In this document: positions 9,953 through 19,650 of the stretch, one piece after another | Layout: the number at the start of each line of letters is the position of its first letter | Numbering within the stretch: position 1 is the first letter of the stretch | Assembly: GCA_046483935.1 (NCBI GenBank) | Contig: JAWOCF010000228.1 | Coordinates: 1 to 52,937 of the forward strand | Length of the DNA: 52,937 bases | Origin: Bacteroidales bacterium | GTDB taxonomy: Bacteria > Bacteroidota > Bacteroidia > Bacteroidales > UBA7960 | Direction of reading: 5' to 3' | Notes under the pieces: generated by a model | Database searches by the model: none | The model's input: the letters and a program-made list of their open reading frames with translations, nothing else | What the model was told of the DNA's origin: nothing | Program-made: the position numbers and the translations under genes

Positions 9953-10519
9953 ATAGCTACACCATTTAATCCCAGGCCCAGAAGGCGTTTTGTAAAAGCC
10001 GAAGACCCTCACAAGATCAACGAAAGAATCAAAGCCCCGGTAGTACGGGTAGTAGGTGATAATGTTGAAGACGACATCTACCAGATCCGTGAAGCGCTGA
10101 CCATTGCAGAAGAGTTGGGCCTTGACCTGGTGGAAATCGCTCCCACTGCCAACCCACCGGTTTGCAAGATCATGGATTACAAGAAGTTTCTTTATGAGCA
10201 AAAAAAGAAACAAAAAGAGATCAAGGCCAATGCCTCGAAAGTGGTGGTAAAAGAAATTCGTCTTGGCCCCAATACCGATGACCATGACTTCAACTTCAAG
10301 CTGAAGCATGCCCTGAAGTTTCTCGAAGAAGGTTTTAAACTAAAAGTTTATGTTTTCTTCAAAGGCCGTTCGATCATTTATAAAGAAAAAGGTGAGGTAA
10401 TCCTGTTGCGCTTTGCCCAGGAGATCGAAGAATTCGGGAAGGTAGAACAACTGCCTAAGCTGGAAGGCAAACGGATGATCATGCTGGTGGCTTCCAAAAA
10501 AGGGCCTAAAAAAAGTTAA
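9953..10519 (+). CDS. infC: Translation initiation factor IF-3 with non-canonical ATA start (ORF track truncates it at 10115)
   Basis: Frame is open from ATA 9953: (M)[34 protein letters not shown]...[21 protein letters not shown]...KEIRLGP; lies between thrS and rpmI. Confidence 0.93.
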   Translation: MATPFNPRPRRRFVKAEDPHKINERIKAPVVRVVGDNVEDDIYQIREALTIAEELGLDLVEIAPTANPPVCKIMDYKKFLYEQKKKQKEIKANASKVVVKEIRLGPNTDDHDFNFKLKHALKFLEEGFKLKVYVFFKGRSIIYKEKGEVILLRFAQEIEEFGKVEQLPKLEGKRMIMLVASKKGPKKS

Positions 10520-10564
10520 TGTTCAGTTAATGTTCAAATAAATAACCTGTAAATTGTTTTTGTA

Positions 10565-10759
10565 ATGCCTAAAATGAAAACCAAATCCGGTGCCAAAAAG
10601 CGGTTTTCTCTAACCGCAACCGGACGCATCAAACGCAAACATGCGTACAAGAGTCACATTCTGACCAAGAAGTCCAAAAAGAGAAAAAGAAACCTGACCC
10701 AAACCACCCTGGTGAATAAGTCAGATGAGAATAACATTAGAGCCATGCTGGCGATTTAA
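10565..10759 (+). CDS. rpmI: 50S ribosomal protein bL35
   Basis: [14 protein letters not shown]...[11 protein letters not shown]. Confidence 0.99.
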   Translation: MPKMKTKSGAKKRFSLTATGRIKRKHAYKSHILTKKSKKRKRNLTQTTLVNKSDENNIRAMLAI

Positions 10760-10774
10760 ATTTTTTTTAACCAT

Positions 10775-10825
10775 TTTGAATTAGCTGGAAAAGATTTCCC
10801 GCCGCAAGGGAAGCGCTAATCAAAA
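10775..10825 (+). promoter_or_regulatory. Structured rpmI-rplT intergenic RNA (candidate bL20 autoregulatory element)
   Basis: Outer stem TTTTGA(A)TTAGC/GCTAATCAAAA, inner stem TTCCC/GGGAA, purine-rich internal loop; ends 14 nt before the rplT ATG. Confidence 0.4.
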
Positions 10826-10839
10826 ATAAACTTAGAAAC

Positions 10840-11184
10840 ATGCCAAGATCAGTTAACACTGTTGCTTCAAGAAACAGAAGAAAGAAGCTGTTAAAGCTCA
10901 CCCGCGGGTATTTCGGAGGCCGTAAAAACATCTACACGGTAGCCAAGAATACCTGGGAAAAAGGACAACAATACGCCTATCGCGACAGGCGCAACAAGAA
11001 AAGGGAATTCAGAAAACTCTGGATCCAGCGCATCAATGCCGCTGTTCGCCAGCACGGAATGAGTTATTCCGTATTTATGGGAAAAATCAACGCTAAAGAT
11101 ATCCAGATCAACCGCAAGGTACTTGCCGATCTGGCCATGAACAATCCAGAGGCTTTCAAAGCCATTGTGGATGCCGTTCAATAG
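10840..11184 (+). CDS. rplT: 50S ribosomal protein bL20
   Basis: [43 protein letters not shown]. Confidence 0.99.
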   Translation: MPRSVNTVASRNRRKKLLKLTRGYFGGRKNIYTVAKNTWEKGQQYAYRDRRNKKREFRKLWIQRINAAVRQHGMSYSVFMGKINAKDIQINRKVLADLAMNNPEAFKAIVDAVQ

Positions 11185-11195
11185 AACATTCTGAA

Positions 11196-11237
11196 CATAA
11201 AAAAAGGAGACCACCGTGGTGGTCTCCTTTTTTTATG
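11196..11237. terminator. Bidirectional intrinsic terminator between rplT and the NUDIX gene
   Basis: Perfect 20-bp inverted repeat CATAAAAAAAGGAGACCACC-gt-GGTGGTCTCCTTTTTTTATG with A and T tracts on both sides. Confidence 0.9.
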
Positions 11238-11253
11238 CCCGCCCCGGTCATTA

Positions 11254-11919
11254 TCATTGCCGGATTATCTCCAGGAACTCGGAAATCATCATGGCAGTGG
11301 CACCCCAGATGGTGTATCCATTGATTGAGAAACAAGGTGTTTGCATCGAAAAGCCGGAAGCAAGATCTATCGTTTTCATCACCTTATTTCCGGGAATAAA
11401 AAATGCCTCTAACTCCACTTCGATAATTTTAGCAACTTCCAGGGGGTCAGGAACAAAGTGGGGCTTCTGATATGAAATGCCCAGAAAAGGGCTGACTATA
11501 AAGTTGCTGGGGGGAATAAACAGGTTAGACATCCGGCCTACTACCTCTACCTGCCCAGGGGGTACCCCTACCTCTTCGAATGTTTCGCGCAAAGCAGTAT
11601 ATTCCAGATCGGGATCTGTTCGCTCATGCCGGCCTCCCGGAAAGGAGATCTGCCCGCTATGAGTGCCTCTGTATACCGATCGCTGAATGAATACCGTTCC
11701 TACGCGTGAATGTTCCATCGGAAAAAAAAGAAACAATACACTGCTCTTCACAGGAGCCAGTCCGTGCCCCAGGTTGCTGATCTCTTCCCTGCGGATCAGG
11801 GGAGCCATTTTCAGCTGAGCCTCCAGGCCGGGTAGCTCCTTCCAGGAGATGGCTTTCAAATGCTTTACAAAAAGGTCAAAGTGTTCCAGAAAAACAGGCA
11901 GGTGATTCACAGAAGTCAT
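11254..11919 (-). CDS. NUDIX hydrolase, CoA pyrophosphatase type
   Basis: HSGQISFPGG..E..D......ALRETFEEVG Nudix box; IWGATAM. Confidence 0.92.
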   Translation of the reverse strand: MTSVNHLPVFLEHFDLFVKHLKAISWKELPGLEAQLKMAPLIRREEISNLGHGLAPVKSSVLFLFFPMEHSRVGTVFIQRSVYRGTHSGQISFPGGRHERTDPDLEYTALRETFEEVGVPPGQVEVVGRMSNLFIPPSNFIVSPFLGISYQKPHFVPDPLEVAKIIEVELEAFFIPGNKVMKTIDLASGFSMQTPCFSINGYTIWGATAMMISEFLEIIRQ

Positions 11920-11981
11920 GTATTGGCTATTTTTGAACTTCAGTATTCAAAATTAAACATAAAAAACCTGAATGGACACGT

Positions 11982-13295
11982 TCACTTTTGTGCCAGCGCT
12001 TTTTTATAAACCATCAGGCATCGCTCACGGGCCATTTTATGGTCTATTATCGGTTGCGGGTACTCAGAGGTTCCATGCTCCGGAACCCATCGTTTAATGT
12101 ATTCCAGCTCATGATCAAATTTCTTCTGTTGCTGCATGGGATTGAAGATCCTGAAATAGGGCGATGCATCCGTACCCGATCCGGCACACCATTGCCAGCC
12201 ACCATTGTTAGATGACAATTCATAGTCGAAAAGCTTCAGGGCAAACCAGGCTTCCCCCCAGCGCCAATCAATCAGTAAATGTTTGCTTAAAAAGCTTGCT
12301 GTAACCATGCGCAGCCGGTTGTGCATAAATCCGGTGGCCGACAATTGACGCATGCCGGCATCTACCATAGCATAACCTGTTCTACCGCCTTTCCACCTGT
12401 CAAATTCTTCTTCATCATTCCGCCACTGGATCAGGTCATATTCAGGCTTAAAAGCATGATTGACCACCTTGGGGAAATGCCAAAGCACCATCGCATAAAA
12501 TTCCCTCCAGATCAATTCATTCAGAAATGTTTCATTCCATTCCATGGCTTTTTTCACCAGCTCACGGATGCTGATGGTCCCAAAACGCAGGTGGGTTCCC
12601 ACGTGAGTGGTGCCGTCTATGGCCGGAAAATCACGCCTTTGATCATAGCTGCGGATGGTATCCTCATGAAGGTCAGCCTTCGGAAACGGGATTGCCGTTG
12701 AAGGCCTGTCAGCACTCCTGATAAAAGGAAACCGGGATATCTTCCCCTGGTAAAAATGGCTGCTCAGCTCCCGGGAAGAGAAACCCTGCAGATGCTCCTT
12801 GCTCAACACATGCTTCCATTGCCGGCTATAAGGGGTAAATACTTTGTAAGGAAATCCGTCAGGTTTCAGCACATCGTTTTTCTCCATGATCAGATGATCA
12901 ACGGATGAAAGTAATGGGATATGATGAGCATCCAGAAAAAGACGCACCTGTTGGTCACGGTCAAGGCCATAGGGCTCATGATCTGAATTGCAGAACACAC
13001 TTTCAAAGTTATAATTATCAAGCAGCTCCTGAAAGACCGCGAGGGGTTTTCCCTGCTTTACCAGCAAGCCGCTCCCTGTTTCCCGCAAAGCCTGATCCAA
13101 CTCCTCCAGAACATGATGTATAAAATCAACACGATGGTCCCCGGCCGGCAGCTTATCTAAAATCTGAGTATCCAGAATAAATAAGGGCAATACATTATCT
13201 GAAGATCTCAGCGCATAATACAGGCCTTTGTTGTCGTGCAGGCGTAAATCACGACGAAACCAGAAAATGGAAACGGTGGGCTTATCACTGGTCAT
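11982..13295 (-). CDS. phrB: Deoxyribodipyrimidine photolyase (class I CPD photolyase)
   Basis: WFRRDLRLHDN, ELIWREFY, GRTGYAMVDAGMRQL..TGFMHNRLRM, SNNGGWQW, FRIFNP. Confidence 0.93.
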   Translation of the reverse strand: MTSDKPTVSIFWFRRDLRLHDNKGLYYALRSSDNVLPLFILDTQILDKLPAGDHRVDFIHHVLEELDQALRETGSGLLVKQGKPLAVFQELLDNYNFESVFCNSDHEPYGLDRDQQVRLFLDAHHIPLLSSVDHLIMEKNDVLKPDGFPYKVFTPYSRQWKHVLSKEHLQGFSSRELSSHFYQGKISRFPFIRSADRPSTAIPFPKADLHEDTIRSYDQRRDFPAIDGTTHVGTHLRFGTISIRELVKKAMEWNETFLNELIWREFYAMVLWHFPKVVNHAFKPEYDLIQWRNDEEEFDRWKGGRTGYAMVDAGMRQLSATGFMHNRLRMVTASFLSKHLLIDWRWGEAWFALKLFDYELSSNNGGWQWCAGSGTDASPYFRIFNPMQQQKKFDHELEYIKRWVPEHGTSEYPQPIIDHKMARERCLMVYKKALAQK

Positions 13296-13383
13296 TTGAA
13301 TGGTTGTTTTACCTGTGAAGCAATAAGAAATAGAAAAAGTTTATCAAACATCACCAAAACCTGACAACAAAATCAGGCACGGG

Positions 13384-14661
13384 TCAATCCAGCTCCTGGT
13401 CAGGTGTTCTTCTTAAAGTAATGGCAGTAATTTCCGGGGGCATGCCCAGACGTCCCGGAAATCCCAGGAAGCCAAAGCCCCGGTTTACATACAACACCTG
13501 TTCACCTTCGCGGTATTCACCGTACCATTCGGGGTAGATGTACACCGAAGGACTCCATTGAAACCATGGGGTCAGAATGCCAGCCTGGGCCCCATGGGTA
13601 TGCCCGGCCATCATCAGTTGAATATCTGTCTGAGGCAGCACCTGGGCCCTCCAATGAGACGGATCATGAGAAAGAAGGATCTTAAAAGGGAAATCGGCAT
13701 GTTCTCCCAGGGCTTGTTGTAAATCACCATATTGTGCAAAAGGAGGCATCCCCCAGTTGTCGATTCCCACGATCATGATAGAATCTGTTCCATTGCTGAT
13801 GAAAGCATGCTCATTGCGCAACAGCTCAAAGCCCATATCCTCCTGGAATTGCTCCAGAGCCTCCAGGTTGGCGTCTTTTTCTTCAATGGTATACCAGCGG
13901 CGGTAATCTCCCATATCGTGGTTTCCCAGGATTGAAAACTTGCCCGCGTTGGCAATGATTTGTTCAAAAGAAGGCACATATATTTCTGCTTCAACGGCTT
14001 CATTATTAATCATGTCGCCGGCAAAAAGAACCAGGTCACCTTCCAGGTCACCCACCATCTGCAATCCCCGCACAACGGGTTCAGGCCTTGCAAAACTTCC
14101 CAGGTGGGTATCAGCAATATAAATCAGCCGGAAACCATCAAACGATTGAGGCAGATCCTGAAAATAAATCTCCCTCTCCTCCACCTGGTAGTTGAAACGG
14201 GTCACCGTTATACCATACACGATCCATAGAAACATCACAACAGAAAGCACTCCCCCTATAACGGGTAGAGCCCTTGAAGCGGGCTTATTCTTAATGCGGC
14301 GATGGCGTTTTCTTTTTGCTGACGTAAACTGTCGGCCAATCCACCAGGCGAATTTCCGCAGGTCATCAACCAGCACGAACACCAGGAAAGTCAGCTTGGG
14401 CATATAAATCAATACAAAAGCCCCTGAAATGTAATAATAGCTTCTGTACTGGACATAGTCGGGCCAGTCGCTGCTGCGTATTGTCAGGATCCAGAGGATG
14501 GAAAGTACTGCAAACAGCAGATCAACCACCCAGAAAATGGTAAAGGCCAGCCGGCGGGTCCTGGTCTTCCCCGTAACGGAAAACAACTTTTTGAGCCCAT
14601 AATAACCGTAAAGGTCAATTATCAGGATAATAAAAAGTAACAACAGAGCAGCTCTGATCAT
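13384..14661 (-). CDS. Membrane-anchored calcineurin-like metallophosphoesterase (YkuE/YaeI-like)
   Basis: Four N-terminal TM helices; DTH, GD, GNHD, HDP, GHTHG motifs. Confidence 0.9.
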   Translation of the reverse strand: MIRAALLLLFIILIIDLYGYYGLKKLFSVTGKTRTRRLAFTIFWVVDLLFAVLSILWILTIRSSDWPDYVQYRSYYYISGAFVLIYMPKLTFLVFVLVDDLRKFAWWIGRQFTSAKRKRHRRIKNKPASRALPVIGGVLSVVMFLWIVYGITVTRFNYQVEEREIYFQDLPQSFDGFRLIYIADTHLGSFARPEPVVRGLQMVGDLEGDLVLFAGDMINNEAVEAEIYVPSFEQIIANAGKFSILGNHDMGDYRRWYTIEEKDANLEALEQFQEDMGFELLRNEHAFISNGTDSIMIVGIDNWGMPPFAQYGDLQQALGEHADFPFKILLSHDPSHWRAQVLPQTDIQLMMAGHTHGAQAGILTPWFQWSPSVYIYPEWYGEYREGEQVLYVNRGFGFLGFPGRLGMPPEITAITLRRTPDQELD

Positions 14662-14810
14662 ATCGCTTTGATTTTATGATATAAAGATTTTTCCTGCTCC
14701 CAAACAGAACAGGAAAGAATATAAAGATAAGATTTTCGGATTGGTTTAACTATTGAAGCGGAACATTTTCTACCCGTTGCCTGCTGTATCTCAAGGATCT
14801 GTTGACCGGC

Positions 14811-15188
14811 TCATTGCCGCTGTTGCTTGTGAATCTCCTCCTCAATGATCTGCTTGAGTTCTTCGAGTTCCGATACGGTGAGTCCTTTTTCTTTACTGAA
14901 GAAAGAAACCATTTGCCGCAGGGAGTTGCTGAAATATTTCAAAAGAATCCCTTTCATCATCACCCTGGTGTAGGTCTTCTTTTCTACCAGGGGGAAATAT
15001 TCATGAGATTTCCCATATGCCCGATGCCCTACAAACCCTTTTTGTTCCAGAATCCTGATGATGGTGGAGACAGTGGTAATAGCGGGTTTAGGATCGCGAA
15101 ACTGCGCCCTGATGTCCTTCACAAAACCGGCTTTCATCTCCCACAAAATTTGCATGACCTGCTCCTCTGCCTTGGTAAGTTCTTTCAT
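14811..15188 (-). CDS. BlaI/MecI/CopY family transcriptional repressor
   Basis: MKELTKAEEQVMQILW, KPAITTVSTIIRILEQKGFV. Confidence 0.93.
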   Translation of the reverse strand: MKELTKAEEQVMQILWEMKAGFVKDIRAQFRDPKPAITTVSTIIRILEQKGFVGHRAYGKSHEYFPLVEKKTYTRVMMKGILLKYFSNSLRQMVSFFSKEKGLTVSELEELKQIIEEEIHKQQRQ

Positions 15189-15224
15189 AACGCGCGATAA
15201 AATTCCTGTTAAAATAAATCAATT

Positions 15225-15247
15225 CAAATTTAACTATTTTTCTAGTT
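15225..15247 (-). promoter_or_regulatory. -7 box (TAAATTTG) of the BlaI-family gene with an abutting AACTA-N6-TAGTT palindrome (candidate operator)
   Basis: caaattta at 15225-15232 is TAAATTTG on the minus strand; aacta-tttttc-tagtt at 15232-15247. Confidence 0.55.
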
Positions 15248-15428
15248 TTTAAAGGAACCCATTGAAAATAAATTCAATAATATGAAAAATGAAAGGACAG
15301 TTCCATTCAAATAATGAACCTGCAATATCTTCCGGTGTCTTTCCCTTAGATTTAGGTTCGCGAATAATTGCATCAGAAAAGGCATGCTTACCTGAAAAAC
15401 CATAATTTTGCAGATAAAAGCAAATATT

Positions 15429-15890
15429 ATGGCAAGCAGAATGTTAAAAGATCCTGAAAGAATCAGCCAGATCATCAACAAGTGTGAAGTGTGTTATCTG
15501 GGGATGGTAGATGAGCAGGGAGCCCCTTACGTGCTTCCTTTTAACTTCGGATATGAACAGGGAGTAATCTACCTGCACTCTGCAGCAACAGGGCGGAAAA
15601 TAGATATCCTGAAACAAAACTCCAATGTGTGCGTGAGCTTCAGCACCGATCATCAGCTGTTTCACCGTCATGAGCCGGTAGCTTGCAGCTATGGGATGCG
15701 CTACCGCAGTGCACTGGCCTTTGGGAAGGTGGTTTTTATTGATGATTATCAGGAAAAAGAGAGAATACTCAATGTGTTTATGCGCAAATATGCCGGCAGG
15801 GAATTCTCATTCAATGCCCCGGCGGTGAATAATGTTGCTGTTTATAAAGTGGAGGTATCACGTCTGGAAGGGAAAGAATCAGGGTATTAA
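15429..15890 (+). CDS. Pyridoxamine 5'-phosphate oxidase family flavin-binding protein (NimA-like)
   Basis: PYVLPFNFGY...YLHSA..GRKIDIL..NSNVC, YRSALAFG; ATG 15429 preferred over TTG 15408. Confidence 0.85.
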   Translation: MASRMLKDPERISQIINKCEVCYLGMVDEQGAPYVLPFNFGYEQGVIYLHSAATGRKIDILKQNSNVCVSFSTDHQLFHRHEPVACSYGMRYRSALAFGKVVFIDDYQEKERILNVFMRKYAGREFSFNAPAVNNVAVYKVEVSRLEGKESGY

Positions 15891-15897
15891 AGACTCT

Positions 15898-16485
15898 CTA
15901 ACGCGGAAGCACCCGCTCAGGTTTATAGAAATACTGTTCCCATTTGTTCCACATAAACACAACGCCCAGGCCGATCCCAATCCCCAGCAAGCTTCCGAAT
16001 ACCACATCTGCGGGATAATGCACCCCCAGGTAAATTCTGGAGTACCCATTTAAAATGGCGTATACAATCATTACAGGATACACAACCCTAAAGCGGTCAT
16101 TCAATATCTTTCCCATAAAAATGGCCAGGGCAAAGGCATTGGTGGCATGGCTGGAAACAAATCCGTAGACACCTCCGCATCTTTGCCTGACAAGATGTAC
16201 CAGGCCCTCCAAATCAGGATCACGACAAGGCCTGAGCCTTTCGAAAAAGTTCTTGAAAAACACCGATCCCTGGTCGCTCATGGTAATCAGGATGACCACA
16301 AAAATCATCAGTGGCAAAGCTTTCCACCGGTACTTCTTTGCTAAAAGCACCGTCAGTATTATATATAAAGGCACCCAGGTGAATTTGTAGCTAATGTAAT
16401 ACATAACCATGTCGAGCTGCTCCATTCGTAATCCATTCAGGAAAAGAAACAACTTTTGGTCAAATTCCAACAGATATTCTAACAT
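15898..16485 (-). CDS. PAP2 family membrane phosphatase
   Basis: K....RLRP, SSHA, SRIYLGVHYPAD motifs. Confidence 0.92.
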   Translation of the reverse strand: MLEYLLEFDQKLFLFLNGLRMEQLDMVMYYISYKFTWVPLYIILTVLLAKKYRWKALPLMIFVVILITMSDQGSVFFKNFFERLRPCRDPDLEGLVHLVRQRCGGVYGFVSSHATNAFALAIFMGKILNDRFRVVYPVMIVYAILNGYSRIYLGVHYPADVVFGSLLGIGIGLGVVFMWNKWEQYFYKPERVLPR

Positions 16486-16494
16486 CTAAAATTC

Positions 16495-17496
16495 TTAAAG
16501 AGATTCGGTAGTAAGATTCAATTGTTGCCACAGCATATCCTTCAGCTCAGTGATTCCCATCTGTGTATGTGAAGAGATAAAGACAACAGGTAGCTGGGGA
16601 ACATTCGTTTTTAAAGCTTCCAGCCCTTCAGGATCCAGCAGGTCGGATTTGCTCACCGCCAGCACCTTTCTTTTATCCAGCAATTCAGGGTTATACATCC
16701 TGAGTTCATTAAGCAGCACCTCATATTCAGCCGAAATATCAGGGGAATCGGCAGGAACCATAAACAGCAGGAGAGCATTGCGTTCAATATGCCTCAGGAA
16801 CCGGTGACCAAGTCCTTTGCCCTGATGTGCTCCCTCGATGATACCAGGAATATCGGCCATCACGAAAGACCTGTTGTCGCGATAGGCCACCATCCCCAGG
16901 TTGGGTACCAGTGTGGTAAAAGGGTAGTCAGCTATTTCGGGTTTGGCAGCAGACACTACTGAAAGCAGGGTAGACTTGCCGGCATTGGGAAACCCTACCA
17001 GACCAACATCTGCCAGGATCTTCAACTCCATTACAACAGCTTTTTCTATGCCGGGTTCCCCCGGTTGGGCCATTCGGGGCGTCTGGTTGGTACTTGTTTT
17101 AAAATGGCTGTTACCCAGCCCGCCGCGTCCACCGGGCAAAAGCAGAACCACCTGGTCGTGGCTGGTAATTTCGGCCAGCACCTCCCCGGTGTCGGGGTCT
17201 TTGGCAATAGTGCCCAAAGGCACCTCCACATATATATCTTTTCCGGCAGCCCCTGAACTATTTTGCCTGCCTCCCGAAGCGCCGTGTTCGGCCCTTAGAT
17301 GACGGGTGTAACGCAGATGCAGCAGAGTCCATAACTGACTGCTGCCTTTCAGGTATATATCCCCGCCCCGGCCGCCATCGCCTCCATCAGGGCCTCCTCT
17401 GGGCACAAACTTTTCACGGCGCATATGCGCCGATCCGGCCCCTCCGTTTCCCGAGCGGCAAAATACCTTAACATAATCTATAAAATTCGAAGCCAT
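16495..17496 (-). CDS. obgE: GTPase ObgE/CgtA
   Basis: Gly-rich Obg domain [12 protein letters not shown]; GFPNAGKST; YPFTTL; DIPG. Confidence 0.98.
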   Translation of the reverse strand: MASNFIDYVKVFCRSGNGGAGSAHMRREKFVPRGGPDGGDGGRGGDIYLKGSSQLWTLLHLRYTRHLRAEHGASGGRQNSSGAAGKDIYVEVPLGTIAKDPDTGEVLAEITSHDQVVLLLPGGRGGLGNSHFKTSTNQTPRMAQPGEPGIEKAVVMELKILADVGLVGFPNAGKSTLLSVVSAAKPEIADYPFTTLVPNLGMVAYRDNRSFVMADIPGIIEGAHQGKGLGHRFLRHIERNALLLFMVPADSPDISAEYEVLLNELRMYNPELLDKRKVLAVSKSDLLDPEGLEALKTNVPQLPVVFISSHTQMGITELKDMLWQQLNLTTESL

Positions 17497-17548
17497 ACAA
17501 TATCCTTATCTTTGAAGAATTGCAAAGATAAGCGAACAATCGCAAACG

Positions 17549-18154
17549 CTACTGCTTTATTTGTCGGGTTTCCTGTTTGTTATTCATAAAATCATCAATG
17601 GAAGCGGAGATTTTCCCGAACACCTCATCCACAGAGGCCATTCCATCAACAGTAACAATTTTACCCTGTTTTTTGTAGTAGCTGATCAGGGGGAAGGTCT
17701 GACTTTTGTATACTTCGATGCGCCGCCAGATGATATCTTCACTATCATCGCTTCTGCCCGAGTCCTGGGCCCGTCCCATCATTCGCCGGAAGAGCTCATC
17801 TTCGGCCACCTCAACCGAGATCACCAGGCTGATGGGTGTGGTTCTCTTGGCCAACATCCGGTCGAGCATCCTGGCCTGATGAATGGTACGGGGAAAACCA
17901 TCAAAAATAAAACCCGGAGAGTCTTTGTGGCTGGAAGCCATATGATACAGTTCCTTCATCACGATCTCATCGGGCACCAAAAGTCCTTTATCAATGTATT
18001 CCTTCACCTCCTGACCCAGTGGAGAATTTTTTTCCATTTCTTCACGAAGCAGATCTCCCGTAGAGAGATGAATGAGACGGTATTTATCGACAATGCGGGC
18101 AGACTGAGTGCCTTTACCCGATCCGGGAGGGCCAAAAATTACAAGGTTGAGCAT
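17549..18154 (-). CDS. adk: Adenylate kinase (short-lid type)
   Basis: GPPGSGKGTQS, STGDLLR, FDGFPRT, RSDD. Confidence 0.96.
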   Translation of the reverse strand: MLNLVIFGPPGSGKGTQSARIVDKYRLIHLSTGDLLREEMEKNSPLGQEVKEYIDKGLLVPDEIVMKELYHMASSHKDSPGFIFDGFPRTIHQARMLDRMLAKRTTPISLVISVEVAEDELFRRMMGRAQDSGRSDDSEDIIWRRIEVYKSQTFPLISYYKKQGKIVTVDGMASVDEVFGKISASIDDFMNNKQETRQIKQ

Positions 18155-18195
18155 AGCTTTGGTCTTTGACAGTTGAGAAGGAAAGGTATAAAAAT

Positions 18196-18729
18196 TTAAA
18201 TGATTTTGTATATATCTTTTAGATTGCGTCCAAAGCCATCATAATCCAGGCCATAGCCAACAATGAAATCATTGGGGATCTCCATGCCCACATAATCAGC
18301 CTGAACAGGGGTTTTCGCAGCGGCAGGTTTTACCAGCAGAGAAGCTACCTTGAGGTTGCGGGGTTGATAGGTTTTAAGGTCCTGTAGCAGGTGAGCAATA
18401 GTAATCCCGGTATCTATAATATCTTCCAGGATAATTACATCCCGGTCTTTAATGTCTTCACTAAGCCCGATAAGCGTTTTCACTTCCTGAGTGCTGGTGG
18501 TGCCTTTGTATGATGACAACTGAATGAAGCTGATCTGGCAGGGGCCCTCATAGGCTTTAAACAAATCGGCAGCAAACATAAATGAGCCTTTCAACACACA
18601 AAGAAATAAGGGGGTGGAATCCCCAAAATCGCGGGTAATCTCACGGGCAATTTTTTCGACTGCCAGGTCGATCTGATCATTGCCAATAAACTTTTCAAAC
18701 ACCTTATCCTGAATCTTCACCTGGCTCAT
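18196..18729 (-). CDS. hpt: Hypoxanthine phosphoribosyltransferase
   Basis: VLKGSFMFAADL, IILEDIIDTGIT, FIVGYGLDY..GRNL. Confidence 0.96.
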   Translation of the reverse strand: MSQVKIQDKVFEKFIGNDQIDLAVEKIAREITRDFGDSTPLFLCVLKGSFMFAADLFKAYEGPCQISFIQLSSYKGTTSTQEVKTLIGLSEDIKDRDVIILEDIIDTGITIAHLLQDLKTYQPRNLKVASLLVKPAAAKTPVQADYVGMEIPNDFIVGYGLDYDGFGRNLKDIYKII

Positions 18730-19036
18730 AAAAAAATACTTAAATAATTATCTGCCCGTAGCTTTGCTACAAAAGTAACTCAATGCGCTGGGTAATGATC
18801 CATTTTTTATTGAAAAATATCAACATTTTGTGAAAAAAAATAATATTTACGCGTTTATTTCTCATTACCAGTTTCTTTCAAAAGAATCATATTATTGCAA
18901 TCATTGACCCTGAATGCTCTTTTACACCCTATTGCTGAATCATTAAAAAGTATTGTAAACGGGCCTGGAAATTTTTATTCATTCCATAAAAATGGAATTG
19001 GATACCTTCGCGAATAGATTTTCAACAACAACTTCT

Positions 19037-19528
19037 ATGACACGAATCGGATTATTATCAGACACCCACGGCCACCTTCATCCTGAGCTGGCCCGGATCT
19101 TCAAGGATTGCGATGAGATCTGGCATGCCGGAGATTTTGGCAACCTGCAGACAGCCCTATCCCTGCAAGCCATCAAGCCTTTGCGCGGGGTGTTTGGCAA
19201 TATCGATGACCAGGCCGTGCGCAGCGACTTCCCGGAATTTCAACGCTTTCATTGCGAACAGGTAGACGTACTGATGACTCATATCGGGGGGTATCCCGGC
19301 AACTACGACCGCAGGGTGCGCGACATCATCAGGATGAACCCTCCTGCCCTGTTCATCACCGGGCATTCACACATTCTGAAAGTTATGTACGATGAGAAAA
19401 ACCGCCTGCTGCATATCAACCCCGGAGCCGCCGGACGAAGAGGCATACACAAGGTCATCACTATGGTGCGTTTCGTGATTGATGGAAGCAACATCAGAGA
19501 CCTGGAAGTGATTGAATTTGACCGGTAA
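19037..19528 (+). CDS. Metallophosphoesterase (YfcE/MJ0936 family)
   Basis: LSDTHG, HAGD, GNID, THIG, GHSH, NPGA; ATG 19037 preferred over 18992. Confidence 0.9.
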   Translation: MTRIGLLSDTHGHLHPELARIFKDCDEIWHAGDFGNLQTALSLQAIKPLRGVFGNIDDQAVRSDFPEFQRFHCEQVDVLMTHIGGYPGNYDRRVRDIIRMNPPALFITGHSHILKVMYDEKNRLLHINPGAAGRRGIHKVITMVRFVIDGSNIRDLEVIEFDR

Positions 19529-19650
19529 GACCACCTGAAAGGCAATACCCATTAAAAGTTAATCAATAAAATTTATGATCTGGGTGAATGATAAGGCCGT
19601 TTTTCGGCCCTTTTCCCTCTTTGCCCGTCCGGACCATTGCTGATTCATCT

